NCBI GenBank assembly: GCA_964291285.2
Contig: OZ219788.1
Coordinates: 320,001 to 384,000, forward strand
Origin: Alphaproteobacteria bacterium
GTDB taxonomy: Bacteria; Pseudomonadota; Alphaproteobacteria; Bin95
Direction: 5' to 3'
Length of the DNA stretch: 64,000 bases
This document shows, one piece after another, positions 60,965 through 64,000 of this stretch. Under the pieces are notes generated by a model. The model ran no database searches. It saw only the letters and a list, made by a program, of their open reading frames with translations, and was not told where the DNA came from. The number at the start of each line of letters is the position of its first letter. Position 1 is the first letter of the stretch. The position numbers were made by a program, and so were the translations under genes.

Positions 60965-61674
60965 TCGCGGCGCACGGCCTTTCGGTCAGGCTCGGAGCGC
61001 AACTGGCGCTGCAGGATATCGACCTCGCGGTGGAGCGCGGCGAGATCGTGACCGTCGTCGGCCCCAACGGCTCGGGCAAGACCACGCTGCTGCGCGCGCT
61101 GGTCGGCGCCGTGGCCCCGGCGGCCGGGCGCGTCGAACAGGCGCCCGGGTTGCGCATCGGCTATGTGCCGCAGCGCCTGCATCTCGACTCGACCCTGCCG
61201 ATTACGGTCGCGCGCTTCCTCCGGCTCGGGGCCCGGCGGCGGAACGGCAGCGTCGCGCGCGCGCTGGAGGAGACCGGCGTGCCGGAGCTCGCCAAGCGGC
61301 AGATGACGGCGCTCTCCGGCGGGCAGTTCCAGCGCGTGCTGCTCGCGCGCGCGCTGCTGGCCGAGCCCGACCTGCTGCTGCTCGACGAGCCGGCGCAGGG
61401 CCTGGACCATCCGGGCATGGCCGCGCTCTACCGGCTGGTCGGGGCGGTGCGCGACCGGCTGGACTGCGGCGTGCTGATGGTCAGCCACGACCTGCATGTG
61501 GTGATGGGGGCGACAGACCGCGTGATCGCGCTCAACGGCGTCATCTGGTGCGAGGGGCCGCCCGTGGCCGTGTCCTCGGCTGAGGAATACCGCATGCTGT
61601 TCGGCGAGGCGGAGCCGGGCGCGCTCGCCTTCAACCGCCACACGCCGGAGGACGGGTGCTCGACGACTTCCTGA
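60955..61674 (+). CDS. znuC: Zinc ABC transporter ATPase
   Basis: TTG start; GPNGSGKT, LSGGQ, LLDEP, SHD. Confidence 0.92.
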   Translation: MQLIAAHGLSVRLGAQLALQDIDLAVERGEIVTVVGPNGSGKTTLLRALVGAVAPAAGRVEQAPGLRIGYVPQRLHLDSTLPITVARFLRLGARRRNGSVARALEETGVPELAKRQMTALSGGQFQRVLLARALLAEPDLLLLDEPAQGLDHPGMAALYRLVGAVRDRLDCGVLMVSHDLHVVMGATDRVIALNGVIWCEGPPVAVSSAEEYRMLFGEAEPGALAFNRHTPEDGCSTTS

Positions 61675-62453
61675 CACGCGCCTGTCTTGCCGGCATCGGA
61701 GTGGCGCTCGCGGCGGGTCCGCTCGGCTGCTTCGTCGTCTGGCGGCGGATCGCCTATTTCGGCGATGCGACCGCTCACGCCGCGATACTGGGCGTCGCCA
61801 TTTCGCTCGCCTTTTCGATGTCCATCGTCATCGGCGTGCTCGCCGCTGCGGTGGCGATGGCGGTCACCGTCTCGACGCTCTCCGGGCGGGGCCTCGCCAT
61901 GGACACGCTGCTGGGCGTCGCCTCGCATGGCAGCCTCGCCGTCGGCCTGGTCGCGGTTGCGGTCGCATCGCCGCGCGCCATCGATGTGGAAGCCTATCTG
62001 TTCGGTGAAATCCTGGCCGTGACGCGCGGCGACCTCGCGGTGATCTGGGGCGGGGCAGCGGTGGTGCTGGGCCTGGTCGTCTGGTGCTGGCCGGCGCTTC
62101 TGACCGCAACGCTCAGCCCCGAACTGGCGCGCGGCGGCGGCATCGACCCGCAGCGCGAGCAGCTCATCCTGACCATAGCAATCGCGGTGCTCGTCGCCGT
62201 CTCGATCAAGGTGGTCGGCGCGTTGCTGATTACCGCCATGCTCATCATTCCCGCCGCCGCCGCCCGGCCGGTCTCCGGCACGCCGGAGCGCATGGCGGCA
62301 GCCGCCGCGCTCATTGCCGTCGCATCCGTCTTCGCCGGCCTTGCCGCGTCCTGGCGCTGGGACACGCCGACCGGCCCCAGCATCGTGACCCTGGCCGTGC
62401 TGTTCTTCGCCGTCTCCTGCTCGCTGGGCGCGCTCCGGCGGAAAGCGGGTTGA
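61656..62453 (+). CDS. znuB: Zinc ABC transporter permease
   Basis: [32 protein letters not shown]. Confidence 0.93.
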   Translation: MLDDFLTRACLAGIGVALAAGPLGCFVVWRRIAYFGDATAHAAILGVAISLAFSMSIVIGVLAAAVAMAVTVSTLSGRGLAMDTLLGVASHGSLAVGLVAVAVASPRAIDVEAYLFGEILAVTRGDLAVIWGGAAVVLGLVVWCWPALLTATLSPELARGGGIDPQREQLILTIAIAVLVAVSIKVVGALLITAMLIIPAAAARPVSGTPERMAAAAALIAVASVFAGLAASWRWDTPTGPSIVTLAVLFFAVSCSLGALRRKAG

Positions 62454-62560
62454 ACCGGGCCGCGGCCCCGACGCGGAATCGGGGTCAATCGGCGTTTGCG
62501 CCGAGCGCCCCGGCTTGTCATTCTGCGTCCCTTCCGTCCGGCGAGGAGAGGGCGCCCCCC

Positions 62561-64000
62561 ATGGCCAAGAGCGATATCGAAATTGCGCGCGAAGCGGTTT
62601 TGCGGCCGATCGGCGAGATCGGCGAGCGCCTCGGAATCCCCGGGAGCGCGCTGGTGCCTTACGGCAGCGACAAGGCCAAGGTGAGCGCGGATTTCATCGA
62701 CGGTCTGGCCGGCCGGCCCGACGGCAAGCTCATCCTGGTGACCGCCATGACGCCGACGCCCGCGGGCGAAGGCAAGACGACCACCACGGTCGGCCTCGGC
62801 GACGGGCTGAACCGCATAGGCCGGAACACGGCGATCTGCCTGCGGGAGCCTTCGCTCGGCCCCTGCTTCGGCATGAAGGGCGGCGCTGCCGGCGGCGGCT
62901 ACGCACAGGTCGTGCCGATGGAGGACATCAACCTCCATTTCACCGGCGACATGCACGCCATCGGCGCCGCGCACAACCTGCTCTCGGCCATGACGGACAA
63001 CCACATCTACTGGGGCAACGGGCTGGAGCTGGACGCGCGCCGGGTGACATGGCGGCGCGTGGTGGACATGAACGACCGGGCGCTCCGCGACATCGCGGTC
63101 TCGCTCGGCGGCGTCGCCAACGGCTTCCCGCGCCAGACCGGATACGACATCACCGTGGCCTCCGAGATCATGGCGATCCTCTGCCTCGCCTCGGACCGCG
63201 CGGACCTGCAGCGCCGGCTCGGCCAGATCCATGTCGGCGGGCGGCGCGACCAGTCGCCGGTCACGGCGAGCGACCTGAAGGCGGACGGCGCGATGACCGT
63301 GCTGCTGAAGGACGCGCTGCAGCCGAACCTCGTGCAGACGCTGGAAGGCAACCCGGCTTTCGTCCACGGCGGCCCGTTCGCCAATATCGCGCATGGCTGC
63401 AACAGCGTGGTCGCGACGAAGGCGGCGCTCAAGCTGGCCGACTATGTGGTCACGGAAGCGGGCTTCGGGGCGGACCTCGGCGCGGAGAAGTTCTTCGACA
63501 TCAAGTGCCGCAAGGCGGGGCTCGAGCCCGATGCGGTTGTGGTGGTGGCAACGGTGCGCGCGCTCAAGATGCATGGCGGCATCGAGCGGGGTGCGCTCGG
63601 CGAGGAGGACGTCACTGCCGTCGAGCGGGGCTTCGCCAATCTCGGCCGCCATCTCGACAATGTCGCCAAATTCGGGGTGCCGGCGGTGGTGGCGATCAAC
63701 CGTTTCACGGCGGACACGGATGCTGAAATCGCGGCGGTCCGGCGCCTTGCCGACGAGCGCGGCGCCTCCGCCCATGTCTGCACGCACTGGGCCGAGGGCG
63801 GCGCGGGCACGGAGAGCCTGGCTGAGGCGGTCGCCGCGCTCGCGGACAGCGGCGATGCGGAGTTCGTCCCGATCTACCCGGACGGGCTGCCGCTCTGGGA
63901 GAAGATCGAGGCCGTCGCGCGCGAAATCTACCGAGCCGACGGGGCCGAGGCGCCGGCGCGGGTGAAGGACCAGCTCGCGCGCTTCGAGGCCGGCGGGTTC
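62561..64000 (+). CDS. fhs: Formate--tetrahydrofolate ligase (runs off the window)
   Basis: [51 protein letters not shown]; absent from the ORF track because it has no stop in the window. Confidence 0.96.
   Translation, partial: MAKSDIEIAREAVLRPIGEIGERLGIPGSALVPYGSDKAKVSADFIDGLAGRPDGKLILVTAMTPTPAGEGKTTTTVGLGDGLNRIGRNTAICLREPSLGPCFGMKGGAAGGGYAQVVPMEDINLHFTGDMHAIGAAHNLLSAMTDNHIYWGNGLELDARRVTWRRVVDMNDRALRDIAVSLGGVANGFPRQTGYDITVASEIMAILCLASDRADLQRRLGQIHVGGRRDQSPVTASDLKADGAMTVLLKDALQPNLVQTLEGNPAFVHGGPFANIAHGCNSVVATKAALKLADYVVTEAGFGADLGAEKFFDIKCRKAGLEPDAVVVVATVRALKMHGGIERGALGEEDVTAVERGFANLGRHLDNVAKFGVPAVVAINRFTADTDAEIAAVRRLADERGASAHVCTHWAEGGAGTESLAEAVAALADSGDAEFVPIYPDGLPLWEKIEAVAREIYRADGAEAPARVKDQLARFEAGGF

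Overview
High-GC alphaproteobacterial-type DNA (taxon inferred from gene content) in two halves. Positions 1-~39.8 kb are a mobile/defence region. An IS66 element (315-28734) is interrupted by an IS21 copy (5-bp TSD) and by an IS1634 copy (5-bp TSD). The IS1634 transposase is in turn split by a 21.8-kb element with 11-bp direct repeats. That element carries two tandem intact tyrosine recombinases, a type I R-M operon whose HsdS is fused to an MNT nucleotidyltransferase next to a HEPN gene, a DUF4365-like gene pair, a Dsr1-like sirtuin, a disrupted MobF relaxase and RHH genes. It is followed by IS630, an IS1595-like remnant, a truncated third integrase, a second IS21, a Dsr2-like sirtuin and an eroded IS30. 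The region ends inside a truncated vapC. Positions ~40-64 kb are mostly housekeeping genes: two-component system, DegP, meaB/scpA, ddpX, polyamine-binding protein, porin, TA pairs, amidase, D-aminoacylase, mce, znuABC/zur and fhs. No rRNA, tRNA or CRISPR array was found. The best candidate new systems are the HEPN + MNT-HsdS module and the dual-integrase mobilisable defence element. All family calls come from motif recognition by eye, not database searches.
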